The notes beneath the pieces are model-generated. The model saw only the letters and a list, made by a program, of their open reading frames with translations. It was not told where the DNA came from and did no database searches. A stretch of 64,000 nt of DNA from positions 1-64,000 of IMG/VR virus record IMGVR_UViG_3300020336_000481; one strand, written 5' to 3'. The translations under genes and the position numbers were made by a program. Each line of letters starts with the position of its first letter. Positions within the stretch are counted from its first letter, which is position 1. Positions 47,316-56,799 of this stretch are shown here, piece after piece. The DNA comes from a virus (lineage: Duplodnaviria; Caudoviricetes).

Positions 47316-48959
47316 ATGCAAATACACGAAGTCATTAGTTTTGAACCGCAAAAACAACGCCTAGACGAAATTGCGTTTCTAGCTCTTGTTCCTATAGCTG
47401 CAAAATTTGCCATTGGCCTTGGCGCAGGTTATCTTGGCGCAAAAGCTGCTAATGAAGTAGCAAACCAAGTAACTCGGATTTTAAATGCAATTAATTTTAC
47501 ACCCGAGTACGGAAATTTTCCTAAAGGTGGGATAATTCGAGTAGGCGATGGTGGGAAATATTTTAAATTTGTAGGCGGTAGTACTTTCGAGTCTGACGGT
47601 ACATTGCGTAATCAGTGGTTAGAAGTTGACAAAAACGGCAAACAAATTGCTATACCAATAAAAAATGTACCTCAAACTAAAGGACAACAATCATTTAACT
47701 TTGATCAAGAAATACCAAAGCAATCATATTGGCCATATGATAAATCGGACTTTATTGACGAGAATGGAAACAGAAAAAAGTACGATGAAAATAAAAGAGC
47801 AGAACTTAAAAAACGTGGGGCCAAAGTCCAAACTGAAGCTGTTAAACGTGCAGTTGTAAAACAAGGTGGACCTGCTTGGCAAAAAGCAACTAAAGCTACT
47901 AATATGGGTCGCTGGATTATCTTTGACAATGTTGACGAAATAGATTTGCAAAAGGCTGTTTGGAAAAGTGCAAAATATCAACAAAGACTTGAGAAGTCAA
48001 CTTCATTCAAAGCTCTACCAACTGACAAACAAAGATATAGTAGTCTTGATATGGCATTTGAAGATGAAATGAAAAAAATGTCATCATTAAACGCTGATGA
48101 TTATGAAAAACAAAGCGACAAAGACAAAGTTAAAAATATTAAAAAAAGTTACAGTGAAATTCGAAAATATGCAAAAGAGGCAGTAATCAGCAAAAAAACA
48201 GGAATGATTACTGCATTGAATTTAATTGCTCCAGCTTATATGATGTATACTGCTGTAACTCTTAAAGCATTATACCAAAGACAACTTACAGATGGGTATA
48301 GTCACTCAAATATAAATCAAGAATACACTGTTAAAGAATATGACAATGACATGCGTCAACTTAAAGAATTATTAAAATCAGCATTTGCAGTATCACTTGC
48401 AGGAATATCACTTGCGGCTCTTTTTGGATTTCTTGGGTCTCTGCAAAAAAAGAAAAAGTACGGGGGCAAACTAGTAAGAACGTTACTTGCTTGGCTTCCT
48501 GCAGGAAGAATGGCTGACATTTTTGTTAAAAGTGGATACAGTATTGCATTAATAGTAGGATTTATAGGGGGAGCAACAACAACATTATTATCAAAAGCAC
48601 CATGGATGGACAAACTAGCTGGACAAATGTCAGCTGAGTTTGTTGATAGTTCATTTGATGAACCTTTTAGCGCCATCAATATCATATCTTGGTATTATAA
48701 TTTTGTTGATGCTACAGTGGGTATAATTTTTAAATTTATCGAACTTAACTGGAATGATGTTGCTAATAGCATTCCGTCAATTACATGGAACGATGATCCA
48801 AAGGCACTGGCTCCAGGCGATGTGAATACTAAAAGTGTAGATAAAATGAACAACCAAAATGATGTTAAAAATAATTCATCAGGTTCAAAGTCACGACAAG
48901 GTAGTGGAAATTCAGGTAACAAAAATGACGTCAACTTAGACGCTTTATTTTCAGATTAG
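47316..48959 (+). CDS. hypothetical late protein with several hydrophobic segments
   Basis: 547 aa; AAAGGA RBS; hydrophobic stretches IAFLALVPIAAKFAIGLGAGYLG, AFAVSLAGISLAALFGFLG, YSIALIVGFIGG. Confidence 0.75.
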   Translation: MQIHEVISFEPQKQRLDEIAFLALVPIAAKFAIGLGAGYLGAKAANEVANQVTRILNAINFTPEYGNFPKGGIIRVGDGGKYFKFVGGSTFESDGTLRNQWLEVDKNGKQIAIPIKNVPQTKGQQSFNFDQEIPKQSYWPYDKSDFIDENGNRKKYDENKRAELKKRGAKVQTEAVKRAVVKQGGPAWQKATKATNMGRWIIFDNVDEIDLQKAVWKSAKYQQRLEKSTSFKALPTDKQRYSSLDMAFEDEMKKMSSLNADDYEKQSDKDKVKNIKKSYSEIRKYAKEAVISKKTGMITALNLIAPAYMMYTAVTLKALYQRQLTDGYSHSNINQEYTVKEYDNDMRQLKELLKSAFAVSLAGISLAALFGFLGSLQKKKKYGGKLVRTLLAWLPAGRMADIFVKSGYSIALIVGFIGGATTTLLSKAPWMDKLAGQMSAEFVDSSFDEPFSAINIISWYYNFVDATVGIIFKFIELNWNDVANSIPSITWNDDPKALAPGDVNTKSVDKMNNQNDVKNNSSGSKSRQGSGNSGNKNDVNLDALFSD

Positions 48960-49175
48960 TCCTGGATTTTTAGAATTTTTTGCTGTTTCAATATTTTCTT
49001 TAATAATTTTACCAAGAATATCTATATCAGTTATATCGGTTTCGTACATAAGCCTATGAGCATCTACGCCACCTCGCATAAACCAAGTGATCTTGTATAC
49101 CTCATATTTGAGTCTTTTAACTTCGTTGTCTAATTTTGATGTATAAGATTCTAACTCAGAATCCGGGGTGTTCAT
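48951..49175 (-). CDS. baseplate hub assembly protein (gp51-like)
   Basis: small ORF coupled behind gp26; WFMRGG motif; assignment mainly positional. Confidence 0.5.
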   Translation of the reverse strand: MNTPDSELESYTSKLDNEVKRLKYEVYKITWFMRGGVDAHRLMYETDITDIDILGKIIKENIETAKNSKNPGLI

Positions 49176-50014
49176 AAGTGTTTGACGAAAAAATTTGAGT
49201 AGTCCAAATCCATAGGTAACTCAAATTCAGCTTTACATTCTTCGTTTGTACACTCAACATTCATTGATGGTATATCCATTGCTTTTTGATTAGCAATAAT
49301 AACTTCTTCTATAGCTTTATAATACTCTTTGTCGTTATCTTGTAACCATTGCACTATTAAATTATGATTAGTTTCTTCTTCTCCGTCAATAACAATTTTT
49401 TCAATTTGTTTTGATACAGCTTCTACTCTTATTTTTGCTAACTGATCATAACTATCTTGGAAAACTTTTCCTTTTTCTTCTTCATCAGTAATTTTTGGAC
49501 CTTGAATAATCATTTGACGTGTTATAATAAAGTTTCTACGTGCTAACTCACTATGCTCTTTAAATGTAAGCGGCCTTAGAATAGCTTCAATTTGATCAAC
49601 TACTACACTGTTTTTAAATTCAATATTTTTAAAATGATCAATAAGTTTTTGTAGTTCTAACTCATAAGAACTTTCTGTAGAACATTTAGGACATTTAGTA
49701 TTAAAAGTAATTTTATTTCCGTAACTTGCAAGCCTTACTGATGCCAAACAAAACTGCACGTCTAGCATTGGCATAAGGTGTGGATTTTTTAAATCTGGCA
49801 TACACCTTTTTAGTATTTCAGTAGATGCGAGTCCAGTATACAACGCATCAGGTGTATTAGCAGTCATTTCATCACGAGCAGTCATGCTATAGACTGCTAA
49901 TTCATTTGCTTTCGATAGTAAACCTGGTGCGTAATAGTTGCCTCCGCTAGGCAAATCAACATACAGTTTAGGCTCACGTTTTATTTTATTCAGCGGACTG
50001 TTTTCAAAGTTCAT
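49172..50014 (-). CDS. gp26: baseplate hub subunit/assembly chaperone
   Basis: YVDLPSGG, MTARDE, R.ASYG, CPKC and second C..C pair, LRPLTFKE. Confidence 0.8.
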   Translation of the reverse strand: MNFENSPLNKIKREPKLYVDLPSGGNYYAPGLLSKANELAVYSMTARDEMTANTPDALYTGLASTEILKRCMPDLKNPHLMPMLDVQFCLASVRLASYGNKITFNTKCPKCSTESSYELELQKLIDHFKNIEFKNSVVVDQIEAILRPLTFKEHSELARRNFIITRQMIIQGPKITDEEEKGKVFQDSYDQLAKIRVEAVSKQIEKIVIDGEEETNHNLIVQWLQDNDKEYYKAIEEVIIANQKAMDIPSMNVECTNEECKAEFELPMDLDYSNFFVKHL

Positions 50015-50027
50015 ACATTGTCCTTAC

Positions 50028-50056
50028 ATAAATACATTATATACAATTATATTTAT
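50028..50056. promoter_or_regulatory. interleaved late promoters ATAAATA (plus 50028-50034; minus 50056-50050)
   Basis: in the 69-nt gap between divergent gp26 and tape measure genes. Confidence 0.65.
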
Positions 50057-50083
50057 GACCTTAAAATCTTGGAGATTTAGTAA

Positions 50084-52336
50084 ATGGCTGAAGATGAAAA
50101 AAAAGTAGCAGATCAATACGAAACCCTGGCTAAAACTCTTCTGAAAAGTACTCAAGGATTAGCAACGTTTTCAGCTACCCTAGCTTTAACTAAACCTGGA
50201 TTAGACGATTTTGGCAAACTAGCTGAAGTTGTTCCTGCGTTAGGCCCTGGGCTTAAAGCAATGCTTGGTGTTTTAAGTAAGCAAACTCAAGCATTCCAAG
50301 CATTATCATCGAGCGGAATGACCTTTGACGGTAATCTACAAGATATGGTACAAAGTGCTACCGCCGCTGGTATGACACTTGATCAACTACAAAGTTTTAC
50401 ATCATCAAACAGTCAATCATTTGCTATGCTTGGTGCTTCAATGGGCAAGTTTGGCAGCACTGTTGAATCAGGTGGCAACGCATTTTTAGATGCAACAGCA
50501 GCATTTTATCAAGATAAACGACTAAGCCAAGGATTAAGAAATCTTGGAATGAGTTTTGAAGAAATTAATGACAACTTAATGATGAATGCTCGTATAAGTG
50601 CATTTACAGGAAGAGTAGATCAAAGATCAGCCGCTCAAAGAAATGCATCAGCAGCTGAATTTGCAGAAGAATTACAAATTATAGCAAAACTTACAGGTAA
50701 GCAGGCAGACGAACTACAAGCAGAAATGGCCGCTAGACAACGTGAAGGTGATTATAGAGCTATGATGCTACAAAAAACACCTGAACAAATGGCGGCAATA
50801 GAAAAAGCTATGGCCCAAGCAGATGCTGCTGGTTTTGGCGACTTGTTAAAAGATTATTTAATAAGAGGATTTCCTAGCAAAGATCAAGCAATGGTTGCAG
50901 GTATGTCAGGCGATATGGTTCAACTTTTTGAAAACATGACAACTAATCTCGAAGGCGGTGCATCAGGACTAGCTGAATTTAATAAACAAACCGATCAGAT
51001 ATCAGGAGTTGCAGCAAAAACAGTTAGTGATCCTAGTTTCTTAGCAATAGCATCACTAGGTGATCTTAATAGTGCAAGTGCCGCAGCATCAAGAACACTA
51101 TCATTAATGGGTGAAGCACAATTTGGTGTAATAGCAATACAACGTGAAGCGGCTGCAGAAGGCAGACAAATTACTGTAGAAGAAGCAAAAAAACTAGCAG
51201 AAGAAAGAATTGCAGCAGCAAGAGAAGACCAAGACACTCTTAAAGAAAATGCTACAGAAGGTGGCAAAGCCTTAACACAAGCAATGCTAAGAGCTGAAGA
51301 AGCACTAATGGATACAGCTATTGCAGTACAAAAAACAGCAACAAATGATTTTTATAATATGCTATCTAACGAAGCAGATGGATTTATAAAGAGCTTACAA
51401 AGTGCTGGCGTAAAAATTGGCACCCTAGCAGATCAGATATCAACGGGACTTGGTGGTATTTTTGGTGATGACGCTACTTTTCAAGGAAACCAAAAATTAG
51501 AAATTCTAGCACTTGCTAACGAATTAGAGAAAAGAAATCCAGATGATCCTGCAGCTAACGAAAAGATGGATGCTTTAGCTACAAACATAAACGCCTTAGT
51601 AACACAAATAGAAAGTGAAGGTAGTCAATCTAAGAGAGAAGATTTATTAAAAACATTAAAAGTAGCAATTCAAACAGGAATGCAAGAACTTAAAGCAGAT
51701 GATCCTGATGAATCATTTAGTACTCCGTCAGGATTTGAAACTCCAAAATTATCTACAGGCACATTTGGTGAATTAGGAACAGCATTTGCAAATTTTGGAA
51801 ATGAAACTATAGCGGCACTGCACGGAACAGAAATGGTTGCTACTCCGGATCAAGTGGACAAATTACTCAGTGGAAGCTATAATATGGGGTTGACTTCTGC
51901 TACAAATGAGCTTAAAATGTTAACTAAATCAGGAAACAATATGGCCAAAACAGATGTAATACAAGTAGGAGATATGTTAGAAACAGGATTTGCTACAGTA
52001 TCTTCAGGATTATCAAAGGCAGCACCTTCTATTGACGACGGTATGAAAAGTTTAGTCTCGAATAATGCCTCAACCATGCAAGGTATGATAAGTAATATGA
52101 GACCTGCTGTAGAATCTGTTAACACAGAAATGCAAAAAATTGACTTATCAGGTATTGCAGATAGTATTAAGACTGCATTACCAATGGACAAACTATTTGG
52201 AGATTTAAAAGTAAGCATGGACGGAGTTAAAACTAGTGTTGACATGACAGGATCAAAACAAATATCTAACCAAGCCAAACAACTTAGACAAGGCAAAAAC
52301 ATGTTAGGTGATTTAACTAGGGGAACTGGTATATGA
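50084..52336 (+). CDS. tail tape measure protein (gp29-like)
   Basis: 750 aa, Ala/Gly/Leu/Gln-rich helical composition; C-terminal ALHGTEMVATP motif typical of tape measures; next to gp26. Confidence 0.7.
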   Translation: MAEDEKKVADQYETLAKTLLKSTQGLATFSATLALTKPGLDDFGKLAEVVPALGPGLKAMLGVLSKQTQAFQALSSSGMTFDGNLQDMVQSATAAGMTLDQLQSFTSSNSQSFAMLGASMGKFGSTVESGGNAFLDATAAFYQDKRLSQGLRNLGMSFEEINDNLMMNARISAFTGRVDQRSAAQRNASAAEFAEELQIIAKLTGKQADELQAEMAARQREGDYRAMMLQKTPEQMAAIEKAMAQADAAGFGDLLKDYLIRGFPSKDQAMVAGMSGDMVQLFENMTTNLEGGASGLAEFNKQTDQISGVAAKTVSDPSFLAIASLGDLNSASAAASRTLSLMGEAQFGVIAIQREAAAEGRQITVEEAKKLAEERIAAAREDQDTLKENATEGGKALTQAMLRAEEALMDTAIAVQKTATNDFYNMLSNEADGFIKSLQSAGVKIGTLADQISTGLGGIFGDDATFQGNQKLEILALANELEKRNPDDPAANEKMDALATNINALVTQIESEGSQSKREDLLKTLKVAIQTGMQELKADDPDESFSTPSGFETPKLSTGTFGELGTAFANFGNETIAALHGTEMVATPDQVDKLLSGSYNMGLTSATNELKMLTKSGNNMAKTDVIQVGDMLETGFATVSSGLSKAAPSIDDGMKSLVSNNASTMQGMISNMRPAVESVNTEMQKIDLSGIADSIKTALPMDKLFGDLKVSMDGVKTSVDMTGSKQISNQAKQLRQGKNMLGDLTRGTGI

Positions 52337-54078
52337 GTTGGAAAAAATATTTTACACCTGTAGACGCACAAGGACAACAAGTTGGAAGCATGAGTCCTTT
52401 GAGTGGAGCAAACAACAGTGGTAAAGGACCAGCTAGTGCAAACTATAGTTCTTATCTACCAGATGTATACGTAGGAAGCCCCAACCGTATAGAACGCTAC
52501 GGACAATATAATACAATGGACAATGATAGTGAGGTAAATGCCGCACTAGATATCCTTGCTGAATTCTGTACACAAGAAAACGATCAAAACAAAACTAATT
52601 TTAAATTTACCTATCATAAAAAAGCAACAAATTCTGAAATTACAATATTAGGACAATACCTACAACAATGGTGTAAAAATAATATGTTTGAAAGACGTAT
52701 GTTTAAAATCATACGTAATACATTTAAGTATGGTGATGCATTCTTTGTTAGAGATCCCGAAACTGGAAAATGGTTTCATGTTGATCCAGCAAAAGTTACA
52801 CGTATTATTGTTAACGAATCAGAAGGCAAAAAGCCTGAACAATATGTAATTAGAGACTTTAATGTAAACTTTAGAGACCTAGTAGCAACAACACCGTATC
52901 AAACAAACGGAAATGTTACTGGTGGAGGCGAAGGATATATTACAGGTGGCGCCAAAGGAATGGTTGGAGGTAATTATCCTAAATCATCTGGAGGAAGATT
53001 TCATCAAAATGACGGTGAAGTTGCAGTTGATGCACAGCATGTGGTACATCTAAGTTTAAGTGAAGGACTAGATAATAATTATCCTTTTGGTAATTCATTA
53101 CTTGAAAGTATTTTTAAGGTATACAAACAAAAAGAACTATTAGAAGACGCTATTATTATATACAGAGTGCAAAGAGCACCTGAACGTAGAGTATTTTACG
53201 TTGATGTGGGTAATATGCCATCACATCTTGCTATGCAATTTGTAGAGCGTGTTAAAACCGAAATTCATCAAAGAAGAATCCCATCGGCAACAGGTGGAGG
53301 ACAGAATGTCGTAGACTCAGCATACAATCCCCTGTCAATTAACGAAGACTACTTTTTCCCACAAACAGCTGAAGGACGTGGTTCTAAAGTAGAAACACTA
53401 CCAGGTGGTACTAACCTAGGCGAAATTGATGACTTAAAATACTTTACTAATAAACTAGTAAGAGGTTTACGTATTCCAAGTTCTTACTTGCCAACAGCAG
53501 CAGATGACGGACAAAGTCAATTCAATGATGGCCGTGTAGGAACAGCATATATTCAAGAATTAAGATTTAACAAGTACTGCGAACGTTTACAAAATTTAGT
53601 TTCTGAAAACTTTAATGCAGAATTCAAAAGTTATTTGCTTAGTAAAGGTGTAAACATTGATGTTTCAATGTTTGACTTAGATTTCCAACCACCACAAAAC
53701 TTTGCAAGTTACAGACAAGCTGAACTAGACAATCAACGTATTCCAACATTTACACAGTTGCAACAAATACCATTCATGAGTAATAGATTTGCAATGAGTA
53801 GATATCTTGGTCTTAGTGAACAAGAAATTGCCGAAAACGAGCGTATGTGGCGAGAGGAGAATGACGAAAATCTTGCTCCACCACCCGCAGATGCTTCAGG
53901 TGAGATGAGAGGTGCTGGAATTAGCAGTGCTGGAATCAGTGCTGATTTATCAGGTGCTGAAGATATTATCGGAGATGAAGAAGCGCCAATTGAAGGCGGC
54001 GCCGATGCACCTCCAGAAACTACAACAGACACAGCTGGAACTGGCGCAGGTCCTACACCCGACGAAAGTCCAATTTAA
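52333..54078 (+). CDS. gp20: portal vertex protein
   Basis: LLEDAIIIYRVQRAPERRVFYVDVGNMP, EDYFFP..EG.GSKVETLPGG.NLGEIDD..YF. Confidence 0.97.
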   Translation: MSWKKYFTPVDAQGQQVGSMSPLSGANNSGKGPASANYSSYLPDVYVGSPNRIERYGQYNTMDNDSEVNAALDILAEFCTQENDQNKTNFKFTYHKKATNSEITILGQYLQQWCKNNMFERRMFKIIRNTFKYGDAFFVRDPETGKWFHVDPAKVTRIIVNESEGKKPEQYVIRDFNVNFRDLVATTPYQTNGNVTGGGEGYITGGAKGMVGGNYPKSSGGRFHQNDGEVAVDAQHVVHLSLSEGLDNNYPFGNSLLESIFKVYKQKELLEDAIIIYRVQRAPERRVFYVDVGNMPSHLAMQFVERVKTEIHQRRIPSATGGGQNVVDSAYNPLSINEDYFFPQTAEGRGSKVETLPGGTNLGEIDDLKYFTNKLVRGLRIPSSYLPTAADDGQSQFNDGRVGTAYIQELRFNKYCERLQNLVSENFNAEFKSYLLSKGVNIDVSMFDLDFQPPQNFASYRQAELDNQRIPTFTQLQQIPFMSNRFAMSRYLGLSEQEIAENERMWREENDENLAPPPADASGEMRGAGISSAGISADLSGAEDIIGDEEAPIEGGADAPPETTTDTAGTGAGPTPDESPI

Positions 54079-54093
54079 AAGGTAAATACTAGC

Positions 54094-54342
54094 ATGATAC
54101 TACGTGAACTATTTTATTTTGATAAAGAAACACTCGAAGCAATTGAAGATGACAGCTACGATCCATCTTCAGATAAATTTATCATGAAAAAAACAGACAC
54201 AAGAAAAACACGTCTTACATTAGCCCAGATAAACAGAGCAAGATTAGGTGCTGAACTACATAAAGAAGAACAAGCTAAAGAATTAGAGTTTGTTAGACAA
54301 ATGTACGGATTAGCAGGTCAGGCGGCTGCAGCTGGTGTTTAA
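54094..54342 (+). CDS. small head-module protein
   Basis: 82 aa between portal and protease; TAAATA at 54083-54088. Confidence 0.7.
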   Translation: MILRELFYFDKETLEAIEDDSYDPSSDKFIMKKTDTRKTRLTLAQINRARLGAELHKEEQAKELEFVRQMYGLAGQAAAAGV

Positions 54343-55091
54343 TGGCAAAAATAGATAAATCCCAATATACAAAAGAAGAATGGCGTAAAATAAAACATGA
54401 ACGTCAATTAGCAAAAAGAAAAAGAAGAGCAGACAAGGCTCTAAAAACTAATAAACATTTTGTAGAAAATTTAAAAAAACAAACTAGTACTAGAACTAAA
54501 AGTAAAGTCGCCTTTGTAATAGGTAACGGCACTAGTAGACAAGGTATAGACTTAGAAAAACTACAGCAATACGGTCCAGTATATGCTTGTAATGCAGTAT
54601 ATAGAGATATGGATCCTGATTATCTAGTTGCTGTAGATGTTAAAATGGTTTTAGAACTTAATAAAGCAGGATATCAATATAAAAATCCAAACGTATGGAC
54701 TAATCCTAATAAAAGTAGTCTTACTATGAAAGGATTTAATTATTTTCAACCTAGCAAGGGTTGGAGTAGTGGGCCAACAGCATTATGGTTAGCTAGTCAA
54801 CACGGATATGAAAAAATTTATATCTTAGGATTTGATTTTAAAGGTATTGGAACAGACTTAAATGCTTTTAACAACTTATATGCTGACACAAATAATTATA
54901 AAAAATCTACAGACGGTGCAACATTTTTTGGAAATTGGTCCCGTCAAACAGTGTCTGTAATAAAGGATACAGTAAATGTTAACTTTATTAGAGTAATATT
55001 AGCTGATAATTATCAGCCAGAAGAACTAAATAATTTTGCAAACTTTAATGCAATACACAAAGAGGATTTTATTAAAATCTTCCAAATCTAG
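54342..55091 (+). CDS. Maf/DUF115 (MptE-like, sialyltransferase-like fold) protein with basic N-terminal extension
   Basis: AFVIGNGTSR, YACNA.YR..PDYLVAVD, WSSG..A, IYILGFD. Confidence 0.65.
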   Translation: MAKIDKSQYTKEEWRKIKHERQLAKRKRRADKALKTNKHFVENLKKQTSTRTKSKVAFVIGNGTSRQGIDLEKLQQYGPVYACNAVYRDMDPDYLVAVDVKMVLELNKAGYQYKNPNVWTNPNKSSLTMKGFNYFQPSKGWSSGPTALWLASQHGYEKIYILGFDFKGIGTDLNAFNNLYADTNNYKKSTDGATFFGNWSRQTVSVIKDTVNVNFIRVILADNYQPEELNNFANFNAIHKEDFIKIFQI

Positions 55092-55152
55092 GCTCATAAT
55101 CTATAAATGGGCCGTTTTTCGCCTATATCTACGTATATATCCTGTGTTTAAG

Positions 55153-55158
55153 TAAATA
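55153..55158 (+). promoter_or_regulatory. T4-type late promoter TAAATA for the head operon
   Basis: intergenic, followed by AGGAGG RBS and ATG 55201. Confidence 0.65.
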
Positions 55159-55200
55159 CAACTGACAGCCTTACCAATATTAAATCACAGGAGGTACAAA

Positions 55201-56142
55201 ATGGCAGATCAAAATAAATTTGAACAAATGCTTGAAAAGCTGATTGCTGAAGATAAAGCAGGAGCTGAAGAGCTTTTCCACGAAATTGTGGTAGAAAAAT
55301 CAAGAGACATTTATGAAAACTTACTTGACGACGATGTTGAGATTGATGAAGCGGATAGCGATTCAGAAGACAAAGACGTTGAGGAAGCATCTAAAGACGA
55401 TGACGAAGCAGTAGACGAAGCATCAAAAGATGATGACGAAGCAGTAGACGAAGCTAAAGACGAAGACGAAGACGTTAAAGAAGACTTCGATTTAGACGAA
55501 TTTGAAGTTGAAGGCGAGCCAGAAATGGGCGGCGATGCTACTGACGACATGATGGGTGACATTGAAGGCGGAGACGACATGGATATGGAACCAGCAGGTG
55601 ATGAAGACGCAGAAGACGTTGAAGACCGTGTTACTGATCTTGAAGACGCTTTAGATGATTTAAAAGCAGAATTCGAACAAATGATGGCAGATCAAGATGG
55701 TGAATCTGATGATGAACCAGCTGATGAGCCTGAAATGGATATGAGTGACGAAGAAGACGAAGGCGAAGAAGAAGAAGAGCCTGAAGAAGAAGTTGCTTAT
55801 GAAGAATCAGACGAAGTTGAAGCAAAGGCTACAACTGACCCTGTAGAGCAAATGCGTGAATATGTTGAAAAAATTACACCAAAAATGGGTGAAACTGGTA
55901 CAGACAGTACTAAATCACCAGTAGCTGGTGCTAACAACATGGGCGGAGATGCTTCAAACTTAGTACAAGGTGGTGAAGAAGCAGGTGGTAAAGCACAGGC
56001 TCCTAAAGAAGACAACGCAGGGAACGTTAACGTACCAGGCGGAAAAGCTTCTAAATCATTATCAGGTACTAAAGGCCACGGCGCTGAGAAAAAAGGCGCA
56101 GGCGAAACTGCTGACAATAAGAAATCAACTATTGGCAGCTAA
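55201..56142 (+). CDS. highly acidic prohead core protein
   Basis: Asp/Glu-dominated 313 aa directly upstream of gp21; strong RBS; many [ILV]-x-E sites. Confidence 0.7.
   Translation: MADQNKFEQMLEKLIAEDKAGAEELFHEIVVEKSRDIYENLLDDDVEIDEADSDSEDKDVEEASKDDDEAVDEASKDDDEAVDEAKDEDEDVKEDFDLDEFEVEGEPEMGGDATDDMMGDIEGGDDMDMEPAGDEDAEDVEDRVTDLEDALDDLKAEFEQMMADQDGESDDEPADEPEMDMSDEEDEGEEEEEPEEEVAYEESDEVEAKATTDPVEQMREYVEKITPKMGETGTDSTKSPVAGANNMGGDASNLVQGGEEAGGKAQAPKEDNAGNVNVPGGKASKSLSGTKGHGAEKKGAGETADNKKSTIGS
55384..55461 (+). repeat. 33-nt in-frame tandem repeat (EASKDDDEAVD x2 plus a partial third)
   Basis: units 55384-55416 and 55417-55449 differ only at synonymous sites. Confidence 0.9.
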
Positions 56143-56162
56143 TTTATACGAGGAAGTTATAG

Positions 56163-56786
56163 ATGCTTAACTTACGAGAGAATTTGACATTCGACCAGGC
56201 TAAAATGGTTGTTGAAACCGCTAATGAAGGTAAAGATCTTTTTATGAAAGGAATTTGCATTCAAGGTGGAGTACGCAATGCTAACCAGCGTGTGTATCCT
56301 GTTAATGAAATTGGCAGGGCTGTCAAAACTCTAAATGATCAGATAACTGGAGGATACTCAGTTCTCGGCGAAGTTGATCATCCAGAAGGCCTCAATATAA
56401 ATTTAGACCGAGTGTCGCACATGATCACAGAAATGTGGATGGAAGACGCTAATGGATATGGGAAATTAAAAATATTACCAACCCCAATGGGGCAGCTAGT
56501 TAAAACAATGCTTGAAAGCGGAGTTAAATTAGGTGTCTCATCCAGGGGATCAGGAAATGTAAGCGAAAGCGGTAACGGTGAAGTTTCAGAATTTGAAATT
56601 ATTACAGTTGACGTTGTTGCTCAGCCAAGTGCTCCAGGGGCTTATCCAACTCCAATCTACGAGCATCTAATGAATACTCGTGGCGGGTATAAGGCATATG
56701 AACTTGCACAGGCAACAAGAAACGACACAAAGGCACAAAAATATTTAAAAGAATCGTTGATAAACATTATCAACCGACTCCAATAA
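56163..56786 (+). CDS. gp21: prohead protease
   Basis: NANQRVYP, LGEVDHP, RVSH, TPMG, LGVSSRGSG, DVV.QPSAP.AY. Confidence 0.97.
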   Translation: MLNLRENLTFDQAKMVVETANEGKDLFMKGICIQGGVRNANQRVYPVNEIGRAVKTLNDQITGGYSVLGEVDHPEGLNINLDRVSHMITEMWMEDANGYGKLKILPTPMGQLVKTMLESGVKLGVSSRGSGNVSESGNGEVSEFEIITVDVVAQPSAPGAYPTPIYEHLMNTRGGYKAYELAQATRNDTKAQKYLKESLINIINRLQ

Positions 56787-56799
56787 AAGGAGAATTAAT

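Noticed and set aside
55105-55126. Possible hairpin upstream of the head operon
   Set aside because: Short imperfect stem without a U-tract; not enough to call a terminator
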